32,000 nt of DNA, taken from the NCBI GenBank assembly GCA_028700115.1, contig JAQVTI010000008.1, forward strand, positions 5,461 to 37,460. Direction: 5' to 3'. Under the pieces are notes generated by a model. That model was not told where the DNA came from, made no database searches, and saw nothing but the letters and a program-made list of their open reading frames with translations. This document shows, piece after piece, positions 16,325-24,914 of this stretch (positions are counted from its first letter, which is position 1; every line of letters begins with the position of its first letter). Origin of the DNA: Candidatus Iainarchaeum sp. GTDB taxonomy: Archaea; Iainarchaeota; Iainarchaeia; Iainarchaeales; CSSED10-239. The position numbers were made by a program, and so were the translations under genes.

Positions 16325-18229
16325 ATGAACTCTAGAAAAATATACTTTAGACATTCTGATTTTAGAAAGGAACAAAAAGAAATTATTATAGATATTTTAG
16401 AAAGTTTAGATAATTCCCAAAATATAATCTTTCATGCTCCAACAGGAACTGGAAAAACAGATGCATCTTTAGCTGCTGCAATAACATATGCAGTTGAAAA
16501 TAATAAAAAAATACTTTTTCTAACTCCTAAAATTTCACAACACAAACTAGCTTTAGAAGTAATTAAAGATTTAAATGAAAAATATCCAGATTTAAATTTA
16601 AAAGCAATAGATTTTGTAGGAAAAAGAAATCTATGTATTGATCCAGGAATAAGTGAAGTTACATCTGGATTTTATGAAGTTTGTAAAAATGCAACTGAAA
16701 AAAGACAATGCCCATTCTATGAAAACATAAAACCTAAAAAAAAGCATGAAAAAGAAATAATGGAGCATCTTCTAATTAAAAAATTAAGAGATATAGATGT
16801 AATTGATAATAAAGAAATTAAAAAAATTGCACAAGAATTCAAAGATCTATCAAGAAAACCAAAACCAGTTTGTGCATATGAACTTGCAAAAATTTTTGCA
16901 AAATATGCAAACATAATAATTGCAGATTATTACCATGTTTTTTCTAAAAAAATTGCAAACAATTTACTTCCAGAAATAGGAATTGATCTAAAAGAAACAA
17001 TTCTAATTATAGATGAAGCTCATAATCTAGAAGATAGAGTTTTAAACTTACTTTCAAGATCTCTTAATTTTAATATGATATCAAGAGCTATAAAAGAAGC
17101 AAATGACATAAAGGCTTATGGTATTAAAAAGTTTTGTGAAGATTTACTTTATAATTTTGAAAAACTTTCTGAAACTAAACTTAAAAAAGATAAATTTACA
17201 ACAATTTATGAAGAATTTATCTTAAAAGAAGATTTAATCTCAAAAGGTTATATTGATAATATTACTGAAATTATTGCTGAAATGCAAGAAAAAGGAATAG
17301 AATATTTAGAGAAAAAAAATGAATCTAAATCTTCTCTTATAACTGTTTCTTTATTTTTAGAAGACTGGATAATAAATATGGAAAGCCATATTAGATTTAT
17401 AAAAAAAGATAATGAAAATATAAATATAAAATATAATGCATTAGATGCATCTTTAATAACAAAAGATATATTTAATCAAACTTTTTCATCTATTATAATG
17501 TCTGCTACTTTAAAACCATTAGAAATGTATAGAGATATTTTTGGATTAGATTTTACAACAAATATAAAAGAATATAATTCTCCATTTTCTAAAGAAAATA
17601 AATTAGATTTAGTTGTTAATGATGTTACAACAAAATTTACTCAAAGAACAGGAGACGAATATAAAAAAATTGCAGATTATATAACAAAAATAAATTCAAA
17701 AACTCCAGGAAATTCAATTATTTTTTTCCCAAGTTTTGAAATGCTAAAAGATATAAAAAAACTTATAAAAATAAATAAACCAAGCTTTATACAAGAAGAA
17801 AATATGACTCAAGAAGATTTTGATTTAATGATAGAAGATTTTAAAAAAGAAGCAAGAAAGTTTGGATCAGTTTTATATGCTGTTATGGGTGGAAAAGCTT
17901 CTGAAGGAATTCATCTTCCTGGAAATTTGTTAATTTCTGCAATTATTGTTGGGATACCTTTATCTAAAATGGAACTATATACTAAAGCAAAAATTGATTA
18001 TTATGAAAAAAAATTTAAAAAAGGATGGCAATATGCATATATACAACCAGCTATTCAAAAAGCAATACAAAGTGCTGGAAGAGTAATAAGAAGTGAAAAT
18101 GATAAAGGGGTTATTATATATTTAGATAATAGATATACATGGCCAAATTATAAAAAAAATATGCCTAAAGAAATAAATCTTAAAATATCTAAAAATCCAG
18201 AAAAAGATATAGAATATTTCTTTAGATAA
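16325..18229 (+). CDS. xpd: XPD/Rad3-family 5'-3' DNA helicase with Fe-S cluster domain
   Basis: Walker A HAPTGTGKT and DEAH box IIDEAHNLED. Four Cys lie between them (NLCID, EVCKN, RQCPFY, PVCAYE). C-terminal helicase motifs are present (GKASEGIHLPG, QSAGRVIRS). Confidence 0.9.
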   Translation: MNSRKIYFRHSDFRKEQKEIIIDILESLDNSQNIIFHAPTGTGKTDASLAAAITYAVENNKKILFLTPKISQHKLALEVIKDLNEKYPDLNLKAIDFVGKRNLCIDPGISEVTSGFYEVCKNATEKRQCPFYENIKPKKKHEKEIMEHLLIKKLRDIDVIDNKEIKKIAQEFKDLSRKPKPVCAYELAKIFAKYANIIIADYYHVFSKKIANNLLPEIGIDLKETILIIDEAHNLEDRVLNLLSRSLNFNMISRAIKEANDIKAYGIKKFCEDLLYNFEKLSETKLKKDKFTTIYEEFILKEDLISKGYIDNITEIIAEMQEKGIEYLEKKNESKSSLITVSLFLEDWIINMESHIRFIKKDNENINIKYNALDASLITKDIFNQTFSSIIMSATLKPLEMYRDIFGLDFTTNIKEYNSPFSKENKLDLVVNDVTTKFTQRTGDEYKKIADYITKINSKTPGNSIIFFPSFEMLKDIKKLIKINKPSFIQEENMTQEDFDLMIEDFKKEARKFGSVLYAVMGGKASEGIHLPGNLLISAIIVGIPLSKMELYTKAKIDYYEKKFKKGWQYAYIQPAIQKAIQSAGRVIRSENDKGVIIYLDNRYTWPNYKKNMPKEINLKISKNPEKDIEYFFR

Positions 18230-18362
18230 TTATTTTATTATAAAACACATTCTTTTTAAACCTTTATTGTTATATAATATATTAGTGGACACTAATTTTT
18301 AATATTTAATAAAAATTAATAATTTATAAATAATAAAATTAAATTTAGAGAAGTGATTAAAA

Positions 18363-18650
18363 ATGGAAATACCAAAAGAAATTAAAGGATATTGTAAAAA
18401 ATGTAAAAAACATACATTATTAAAATTAAAAGCATATAAACCTAGAAAAGCAAGAGCAAATTCAAAAGGAACCAGAAAAAATATTGAAAAGCATAAATCT
18501 GGTTATGGTGGAAAAGCAAAATTAATTGCAACTGTTAAAAAACAAAATAAAAAACCAGTTTTTATGGCAGAATGTAGTGAATGTAAAGGAAAACAATATT
18601 TTGTAATCCCTAAAAAAATGAAAAAAGTTGAATTTAAAGGACAACATTAA
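18363..18650 (+). CDS. rpl44e: Ribosomal protein eL42 (L44e)
   Basis: CKKCKKHT...CSECKG zinc-ribbon cysteines and the KHKSGYGGKAK core typical of L44e. GTGAT SD at 18353..18357. Confidence 0.9.
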   Translation: MEIPKEIKGYCKKCKKHTLLKLKAYKPRKARANSKGTRKNIEKHKSGYGGKAKLIATVKKQNKKPVFMAECSECKGKQYFVIPKKMKKVEFKGQH

Positions 18651-18731
18651 TTTCCTTTATTTTTTTATTTATAAATTCTAATTTTTAAAAAAGAAAAACC
18701 TTTATAAACTAATTTTATAAATATATTTATT

Positions 18732-19388
18732 ATGATAAAAATAGATAAATATTATAAATTTATAGGAGCTACTTTTGGAATTGCATATTTTATAGGAATG
18801 ATATTTGCTTTATTTTATATTTATAAAGGAATAGAAATTACAAATACAATTAATTTCATAAATAATTTGGCTTTAAGTGGAAAAACATATTTTAGTAATA
18901 TTTTCAAAACACAAATAAATAATACAATACAATTAATGATTATACCTTTTAGTTATTTAATATATTCTGTAAAAATTGGATTTTCACATATATCTTTATT
19001 AACATCTTCTTTTTTAGGACAAATTAAATTATTAGTAGAATTAATCCCACAAATTTTTTATTTTATAGCATATATTATATATTCAACAATTGGACTTAAA
19101 ATAATTTTATTTATTATAAAAATAATTACAAATAAATTTTTAAAAAATAAAAAAATAAAATATATTTATTTATACAAAACAGATATAAAAATAGCATATA
19201 TTGGTTTTATTGCAATAATAATAGGTACAATAATTCAAACACACCTATCTAAAATTTTATTTATATTTTTAATTAATTTAAAATCTATGGTTTATATATT
19301 TATAATAATAGTATATATATTTTTAATATTTATATGCTTATTTACAATTTATAAAATAATTAAAAATATTTTAGAAAATAATATTTAA
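18732..19388 (+). CDS. Polytopic membrane protein (about 6 TM), unknown function
   Basis: 218-aa hydrophobic ORF. Its TAA stop (19386-19388) abuts the GTGAT SD of the following ATPase gene. Confidence 0.6.
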   Translation: MIKIDKYYKFIGATFGIAYFIGMIFALFYIYKGIEITNTINFINNLALSGKTYFSNIFKTQINNTIQLMIIPFSYLIYSVKIGFSHISLLTSSFLGQIKLLVELIPQIFYFIAYIIYSTIGLKIILFIIKIITNKFLKNKKIKYIYLYKTDIKIAYIGFIAIIIGTIIQTHLSKILFIFLINLKSMVYIFIIIVYIFLIFICLFTIYKIIKNILENNI

Positions 19389-21914
19389 GTGATAAAAATG
19401 AGTTTAGATTTTTCAAAAAATATAATTGTTGGAAGAAAAGAAAGTCATATTGAAAAATATGGAGAAAAAGCAACAGGGTATATTGGAAAAGTTGTAGTTT
19501 CTGGGGGAGAAGATCCTGTTTTAGGAAAAAAAATATTAATGGATTTATCTAGATCACACGTAGCAATTATATGTGGAAAACGTGGTGGAGGGAAATGCCT
19601 TCATGAAGATACATTAATAACTTTAGATGATGGAAGAGAAATAAAAATTAAAGAATTAGAAAAAAATAAAAATAAAGTTCTTTCAATAAATAAAAATTTA
19701 AATATAATTTCTAATAAAAAAGATGAATTTTTTAAAAGAAATGTAAAAAGTATGCTTAATGTAAAATTAAGAAGTGGAAAAGAACTAAAATTAACAAAAG
19801 AACATCCTTTATTTACAATTAATGGATGGGAACCTATTAATAAATTAAAGAAAGGATCTAGAATAGCAACACCTAGAATAATTAATAATTTTGGAAATAA
19901 AAAAATTACTTTAGAAGAAATAAAACTAATTGCATATTTATTATCAGAAGGTAATTTATCTAATAATTTAGTATTATTTAATAATACTGATAAAAAAATA
20001 ATAGATGATTTTAAAAAAAGTATAAAAAAATTTGATAAAAATTTACTTATAAAAAAACATAGTGACTTTGATTTCAGAGTAATTAAATCAAAAAAAAGTA
20101 AAGAAAAAAGTAGTATTAGAAAATATTTAGATAAAATTAAAATTTACGGAAAATTAGCTCATGAAAAAGAAATTCCTTCACAAATATTTCAATTATCTAA
20201 AAAAGATTTAAGCTTATTTCTAAATAGAATGTTTAGTTGTAATGGATGCATATGCTATGATATAAATAAGAAAGCATGGAGTATAAATTATTCTACATCA
20301 TCTAAAAAAATGTCATTTCAAATACAAAGTTTACTTTTAAAATTTGGAATATTATCAAAAATTAGAACTAAAAAAATAAAAAAAAGACTTAATTATGAAA
20401 TAGTCATATTAAAACAAGATAATTATAAATATATTAAAGAAATTAATTTTTTTGGAAATAAAAAAGAAAAATCAAAAAATATAAAAATTAAAAAAAATAA
20501 TAACCTAAATATAGATACAATTCCTAAAGAATTATGGAATACATATAAGATTAAAAACTTTACAAAAATAGGAAAACAATTTGGATATAAAGTACCTAAA
20601 TCTTTTAGAACTTGTGTAAATTATTCTCCTTCAAGACAAGAACTTAACAAAATTGCAGATATTGAAAAAAATAAAAATTTAAAAAATTTAGCAAATTCAG
20701 ATATATTCTGGGATGAAATAATAAATATTAAAGAAATTAAAGGAAATTTTACTGTTTATGATATAACTGTTCCAGAAACACATAATTTTATTGCAAATAA
20801 TATTATAGTACACAATAGCTACACTATGTCTGTAATTATGGAAGAATTTGCAAAACAACCATTTGAAATAAAAGAAAGACTTTCTGCAATTATAATAGAT
20901 ACTGTTGGAATTTTTTGGACTATGAAATATGAAAATAAAGAACTCCCACAAGACTTATTAGATAAATGGGATTTAAAAGCAAAAGGAATTGAAATTAGAA
21001 ATATGATTCCTTTTGGGAAAAAAAATTTTTATGAAAAAAAAGAAATACCTTTTGACCAACCTTTTTCAATTAAGACATCTCAAGTAGACTTAGAAGATTG
21101 GCTTGCTTTATTTAGGCTTACTTGGAAAGACCAAGAAAGTTCTCTTCTATCAAGATCAATTGAAGAGATTAGAAAAAAAGTAGGAAACTTATATGATATT
21201 GATGACATTATAACAATTTCTCAGAAAGATACAGAAACTACAAAAGAAACAAAAGATTCTTTAATTGGTAGATTAAAAGTTGCAAAATCATGGGGGCTAT
21301 TCTCAAAACAAGGAACAAGTATGAAAGATTTTGCAAGAGCAGGAACAATTACAACAATTGATGTTTCTACCTATAAACAAGCAATTGGAATGGAATCAAT
21401 CCAAGAATTAATAGTTGGTCTTTTAGGAAAAAGATTATATGAAGAAAGAATGCTTTATAGAAAAGAAGAAGAAAAAAATTTACTAATAGGTAAAAAAAAA
21501 GAAAGTGAAATGCCAATTGTTTGGATGATGATTGATGAAGCACATATGTTTATGCCTCAAGACAGACCAAGTATGGCACTAGATGTATTATTACAATGGA
21601 TTAGAGTTGGAAGACAACCTGGACTTTCTTTACTTCTTGCAACCCAAAGACCAAACAAATTACACTCTGAAGCAATATCTCAATGTGATTTCTTTTTAAG
21701 TATGAGAATGACTGCTCAAGAAGATATACAAGCAGTTTCTGCAATTAGACCAAGTTATTTAAAAATTCCAATGGATAAATATTACGCACAAATGCCAAAA
21801 ACACAAGGTTTTGCAATCTTAGTAGATGATAATTCTGAAAAAGTTATGATGCTTAAAATAAGACCTAGAATAACATGGGATGGAGGAAAAACTGCTAATG
21901 TTTTTTCTGATTAG
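19389..21914 (+). CDS. HerA/FtsK-superfamily (DUF87/COG0433-like) ATPase interrupted by an intein
   Basis: The extein reads ...HVAIICGKRGGGK|SYTMSVIMEEF (Walker A restored after intein removal). Walker B WMMIDEAHMF and LLLATQRPNKLHSEAISQCDFFLSMRM are typical of HerA-like ATPases. The probable start is ATG 19398. The extein is about 431 aa. Confidence 0.75.
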   Translation: MIKMSLDFSKNIIVGRKESHIEKYGEKATGYIGKVVVSGGEDPVLGKKILMDLSRSHVAIICGKRGGGKCLHEDTLITLDDGREIKIKELEKNKNKVLSINKNLNIISNKKDEFFKRNVKSMLNVKLRSGKELKLTKEHPLFTINGWEPINKLKKGSRIATPRIINNFGNKKITLEEIKLIAYLLSEGNLSNNLVLFNNTDKKIIDDFKKSIKKFDKNLLIKKHSDFDFRVIKSKKSKEKSSIRKYLDKIKIYGKLAHEKEIPSQIFQLSKKDLSLFLNRMFSCNGCICYDINKKAWSINYSTSSKKMSFQIQSLLLKFGILSKIRTKKIKKRLNYEIVILKQDNYKYIKEINFFGNKKEKSKNIKIKKNNNLNIDTIPKELWNTYKIKNFTKIGKQFGYKVPKSFRTCVNYSPSRQELNKIADIEKNKNLKNLANSDIFWDEIINIKEIKGNFTVYDITVPETHNFIANNIIVHNSYTMSVIMEEFAKQPFEIKERLSAIIIDTVGIFWTMKYENKELPQDLLDKWDLKAKGIEIRNMIPFGKKNFYEKKEIPFDQPFSIKTSQVDLEDWLALFRLTWKDQESSLLSRSIEEIRKKVGNLYDIDDIITISQKDTETTKETKDSLIGRLKVAKSWGLFSKQGTSMKDFARAGTITTIDVSTYKQAIGMESIQELIVGLLGKRLYEERMLYRKEEEKNLLIGKKKESEMPIVWMMIDEAHMFMPQDRPSMALDVLLQWIRVGRQPGLSLLLATQRPNKLHSEAISQCDFFLSMRMTAQEDIQAVSAIRPSYLKIPMDKYYAQMPKTQGFAILVDDNSEKVMMLKIRPRITWDGGKTANVFSD
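19596..20816 (+). mobile_element. 407-aa intein with LAGLIDADG homing-endonuclease domain, inserted in the ATPase P-loop
   Basis: Block A CLHEDTLITLDDG (Cys1), block B LTKEHPL (TxxH), LAGLIDADG-like LIAYLLSEGNL and LFLNRMFSCNGCI, and terminal block IIVHN followed by the +1 Ser. 1221 nt, in frame. Confidence 0.85.
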
Positions 21915-23433
21915 CTTTTTTTCTTTTTTTATAATTAGAATGAATTTCAGAAATTAATTTTTCTACAATTTGTTTTTCTGAAGATTTAATATCTTCAATT
22001 AGTTTATTTAATTTATTATTTTTATTATTTCTATTATTTTTATGCTTTTTTCTATATTGCTTCAATAACTTTTTTTCCTCAGAAGATAAATAAAAGAAAA
22101 AATATTTTAAAGAATAAAAAACTGGTCTTTGAAATAAAATTTTTTTATAAATATTTATTTTATTAAGATTAGGGTCTTCTATTCTTCTTGCAAAAAAGTA
22201 TGCAATTAATCTAAAAAATGCAGATATAATTAAAACTAAAATTAATGCATTTTTTTCATTAATACTAATTTTTTCAAAAAGACTAATTAAAAAAGAACCA
22301 AACAAGGTTCCTAAAAAAACAGCAGTAGATTGAACAATTGTAAAATATGCAGAATGATCCATTAAGTCTTCTTTTATATTTCTATAAAGATAATTTATAA
22401 TAGATAAATTAAAACCAGATAAAACAACCCCACTAAAAAATGAAGTTAAAATTAAAACCCAATAATAATTATAAAACAAAGCAGGAAGCAAAACAAATAA
22501 AGGTACAAACAAAGAACATGCTCTAAATATTTTTACATTTCCATATTTATCATTAATATAACCCCAATAAAATAAACTTAAAATACCTCCAAGAATATAA
22601 AATATTTTCCACCAAATATAATGAGAATAATTCATTTTTAAAGAAGTTAAATAAAAATAAGGTAAATAATAACTACCAATATAAAATCCAAAATAAAAAA
22701 TTACTACAAAAATAAGATATTTTAAAAAGACTTTATCTTTAAAAATTTCTTTTTTAACAAAAGCTAAATCTCTTTTTGGAAAATTATCTAGTTCTTCTTT
22801 AAATTCTTTTTTTGTTTGTATTTGACTAATCTTATTTAAATATCTTCCAGATATAAATCTAGAAAATCCAGCAAACATAAAAATTAAAGTAAATCCAATA
22901 AATGCTTCTGAATAACTTTCTAAAACATTTAATAAATATCCAGAAAAAATTAAAGGAATAAATGCAAAAAGTTCAATAATTAAATTTTTTCTTGCAAAAA
23001 GAGAGCCTATTCTCTCAACTGGAAAAACTCTTCTAATCCAATCCATATATACTGGATGAACAACAATACCTAAAGTGTGAATTATTATATAAAATAAGAT
23101 AGAAAGCCAAATTGTAACTTGATTATTAAAATAAATATATAAAACAGATAATGGAAGCCATAAAAAAGCTTGAAGTGTTACAAAAAAAACAACAGCTTGT
23201 TTTTTTGAATCAAAATGTCTTAAAACCTGATAAGATAAAAGTGAAAAAAATGAACCTATAAAAATTGGAAGTGAACTTAAAAGCCCAACTTGAAAAGAAT
23301 TTGCTCCTAAAGATATTACAAAAGGAACTAAAAAAGTTAGAGCAATTGAATTCATAAAAGACCAAAAAATAGAATCTTTTAAAGAATATTTAAAGTCTTT
23401 TCTAATTTGTCTTTCTGTATTTTTAAAAGTCAT
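21895..23433 (-). CDS. MFS-type transporter (about 12 TM) with Lys/Asn-rich C-terminal tail
   Basis: 512 aa with two bundles of about six hydrophobic helices around a charged central loop. The 3' end overlaps the convergent ATPase gene by 20 nt. Confidence 0.55.
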   Translation of the reverse strand: MTFKNTERQIRKDFKYSLKDSIFWSFMNSIALTFLVPFVISLGANSFQVGLLSSLPIFIGSFFSLLSYQVLRHFDSKKQAVVFFVTLQAFLWLPLSVLYIYFNNQVTIWLSILFYIIIHTLGIVVHPVYMDWIRRVFPVERIGSLFARKNLIIELFAFIPLIFSGYLLNVLESYSEAFIGFTLIFMFAGFSRFISGRYLNKISQIQTKKEFKEELDNFPKRDLAFVKKEIFKDKVFLKYLIFVVIFYFGFYIGSYYLPYFYLTSLKMNYSHYIWWKIFYILGGILSLFYWGYINDKYGNVKIFRACSLFVPLFVLLPALFYNYYWVLILTSFFSGVVLSGFNLSIINYLYRNIKEDLMDHSAYFTIVQSTAVFLGTLFGSFLISLFEKISINEKNALILVLIISAFFRLIAYFFARRIEDPNLNKINIYKKILFQRPVFYSLKYFFFYLSSEEKKLLKQYRKKHKNNRNNKNNKLNKLIEDIKSSEKQIVEKLISEIHSNYKKRKKANQKKH

Positions 23434-23506
23434 AAGTATTCACAAATATTTTTTATAAAATATAAATACAAGAATAAGTTTATAAAGAAAACATATTTTA
23501 TAAAAA

Positions 23507-23580
23507 TGCTCGAAGGGGGATTCGAACCCCCGTTATCAGAGTGAGAGTCTGATGTGATTACCGAGCTACACTATCCGAGC
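23507..23580 (-). tRNA. tRNA-Glu(CTC)
   Basis: Minus-strand cloverleaf: acceptor GCTCGGA/TTCGAGC, anticodon stem TCAGA/TCTGA, loop CTCTCAC, T arm GGGGG-TTCGAAT-CCCCC, discriminator A, no CCA. Confidence 0.85.
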
Positions 23581-23602
23581 AAAAAAATAAAAAGAAAAAA
23601 AC

Positions 23603-23926
23603 CTATTTAACAAACTCAATTGCAATAGGATATTTATATTTTTCTGAATTACTTGCTTTTACACAACCAATTATTAAAAACACAATATTAGCAATACCTA
23701 TTAAAAATAAAAGTAAAGCACCAATTAATACTATTAATAAAAATATAGAAACTATTACTGCAATAGTAACTGTTATTTGAAAATTTAATGCTGTTTTTGC
23801 ATGTTCTCTTGCAAATTTATTTTTTTTATCAATTACTAAATAAATAATTAAAGGAGCAACAAAACCAGTAAATATTGCAAGTAAATGAGAAAGCATTGCC
23901 ATATTTTTTTCATCAGAACTAACCAT
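23603..23926 (-). CDS. DUF4870-like small membrane protein
   Basis: EKNMAMLSHLLAIFTGFVAPLIIYLV...FAREHAKTALNFQITV...YKYPIAIEFVK matches the pattern I recall for the DUF4870 family. Confidence 0.7.
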   Translation of the reverse strand: MVSSDEKNMAMLSHLLAIFTGFVAPLIIYLVIDKKNKFAREHAKTALNFQITVTIAVIVSIFLLIVLIGALLLFLIGIANIVFLIIGCVKASNSEKYKYPIAIEFVK

Positions 23927-23957
23927 AATTTTCCCTCCATTTTATAAATTATAAAAA

Positions 23958-24030
23958 TGCCTCGAGCCAGAGTCGGACTGGCGGTCTCCAGATTATGAGT
24001 CTGGCGCTTTAACCACTAAGCTACCGAGGC
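23958..24030 (-). tRNA. tRNA with CAT anticodon (elongator Met or Ile2), unusual T-loop
   Basis: Acceptor GCCTCGG/TCGAGGC, D arm GCTT/AAGC, anticodon stem CCAGA/TCTGG, loop CTCATAA, T arm GCCAG-TCCGACT-CTGGC, discriminator A. There is no G29-G31 run, so it is not an initiator. Confidence 0.75.
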
Positions 24031-24134
24031 AATAAATACAAATTTATTAAAAAAAGATTAAACTCTCACAATTTATATATATCTTTGAAACATTTTATTT
24101 ATATAGCTTTCTCTATATCTTTAAAAAATAAAAA

Positions 24135-24797
24135 CTACCTAGTTTTTGTTATAATTTTATCTTGTTTTTCATCATAAATAAAAACTGTTTCAGCAAGACC
24201 TATAAACAAACCAGTCTCTAAAACTCCTGGTATATTTCTTACAGAAGATTCAAAATCTTCTAAAGATATATTATGATCTAAAGTTAGTCTTGCTAGATAA
24301 TGACCAATTTCGGTTTTTATAAAATCCCCATCTAAATCTTTAACAACTCTTGCAAGTCCATAACTTTGCAAATTTAAAACAGTTCTCTGCCAAGCAAAAG
24401 TACTTATTTCTAAATAGATATCAGTATCTAAATTTTCAACTAAATCTTTTGTAGAAACAACAACTAAATTTAAAGCAGATTGAGCAATCATTTTATCTCT
24501 TATAAAAGAAAAAGTATCTTTTTTAATAAAATTAAAAAAAGAATCTACATGATCTACAAACTCAATTGCAAGATCAATCTCTTTATCATTTAAAGAAATC
24601 ATATCTTGAGATAAATCATGTAAAATTTTTGCTTGTCTTGAAGAAGTAGGTACAAAATATACTTTTAAATCTAAATTTTTTACTTTTTCAACAATATATT
24701 CTAAAAATATTTTTTCTTTCTCAAAACCACCAACTGCTATAATATTATTATTTTTTATAAGTTTTACAAAATTAATTGCAATTAGTTCTAAATTCAT
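24135..24797 (-). CDS. Ribose-5-phosphate isomerase A-like protein with diverged active-site motifs
   Basis: Collinear with the RpiA layout (VPTS..QAK; IDLAI-x-x-D-x-VD; IPGVLETGLF), but the GTGST, DGADE, KGxGGA and TDNGN motifs are replaced. Confidence 0.6.
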   Translation of the reverse strand: MNLELIAINFVKLIKNNNIIAVGGFEKEKIFLEYIVEKVKNLDLKVYFVPTSSRQAKILHDLSQDMISLNDKEIDLAIEFVDHVDSFFNFIKKDTFSFIRDKMIAQSALNLVVVSTKDLVENLDTDIYLEISTFAWQRTVLNLQSYGLARVVKDLDGDFIKTEIGHYLARLTLDHNISLEDFESSVRNIPGVLETGLFIGLAETVFIYDEKQDKIITKTR

Positions 24798-24883
24798 AAT
24801 TATCTTCTTATTTTAATATATTTAAATAAAAATAATATATACTATAATATTTAAAAAAACATGTATTTTGTTAAAAGAAAGAG

Positions 24884-24897
24884 TTTATATTATATTT
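24884..24897 (+). promoter_or_regulatory. TATA-box candidate for the box C/D sRNA
   Basis: TTTATATTATATTT is centred about 26-27 nt upstream of the sRNA 5' end at 24915. Confidence 0.4.
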
Positions 24898-24914
24898 GCA
24901 CATAAGATATATTA

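Noticed and set aside
18281-18296. ATTAGTG-GA-CACTAAT inverted repeat upstream of rpl44e as a regulatory site
   Set aside because: It is a single 7-bp inverted repeat next to a TATA-like run, with no second copy in the window and no adjacent regulator. The evidence is too weak to call.
5888-21914. A classical herA-nurA operon
   Set aside because: The NurA-like gene and the HerA-like ATPase are 12 kb apart on opposite strands with unrelated genes between them, so no operon can be claimed.
21895-21914. The 20-nt convergent overlap of the ATPase and MFS genes as a regulatory antisense arrangement
   Set aside because: The overlap involves only the low-complexity Lys-rich tail codons of the MFS ORF, which is consistent with simple genome compaction.
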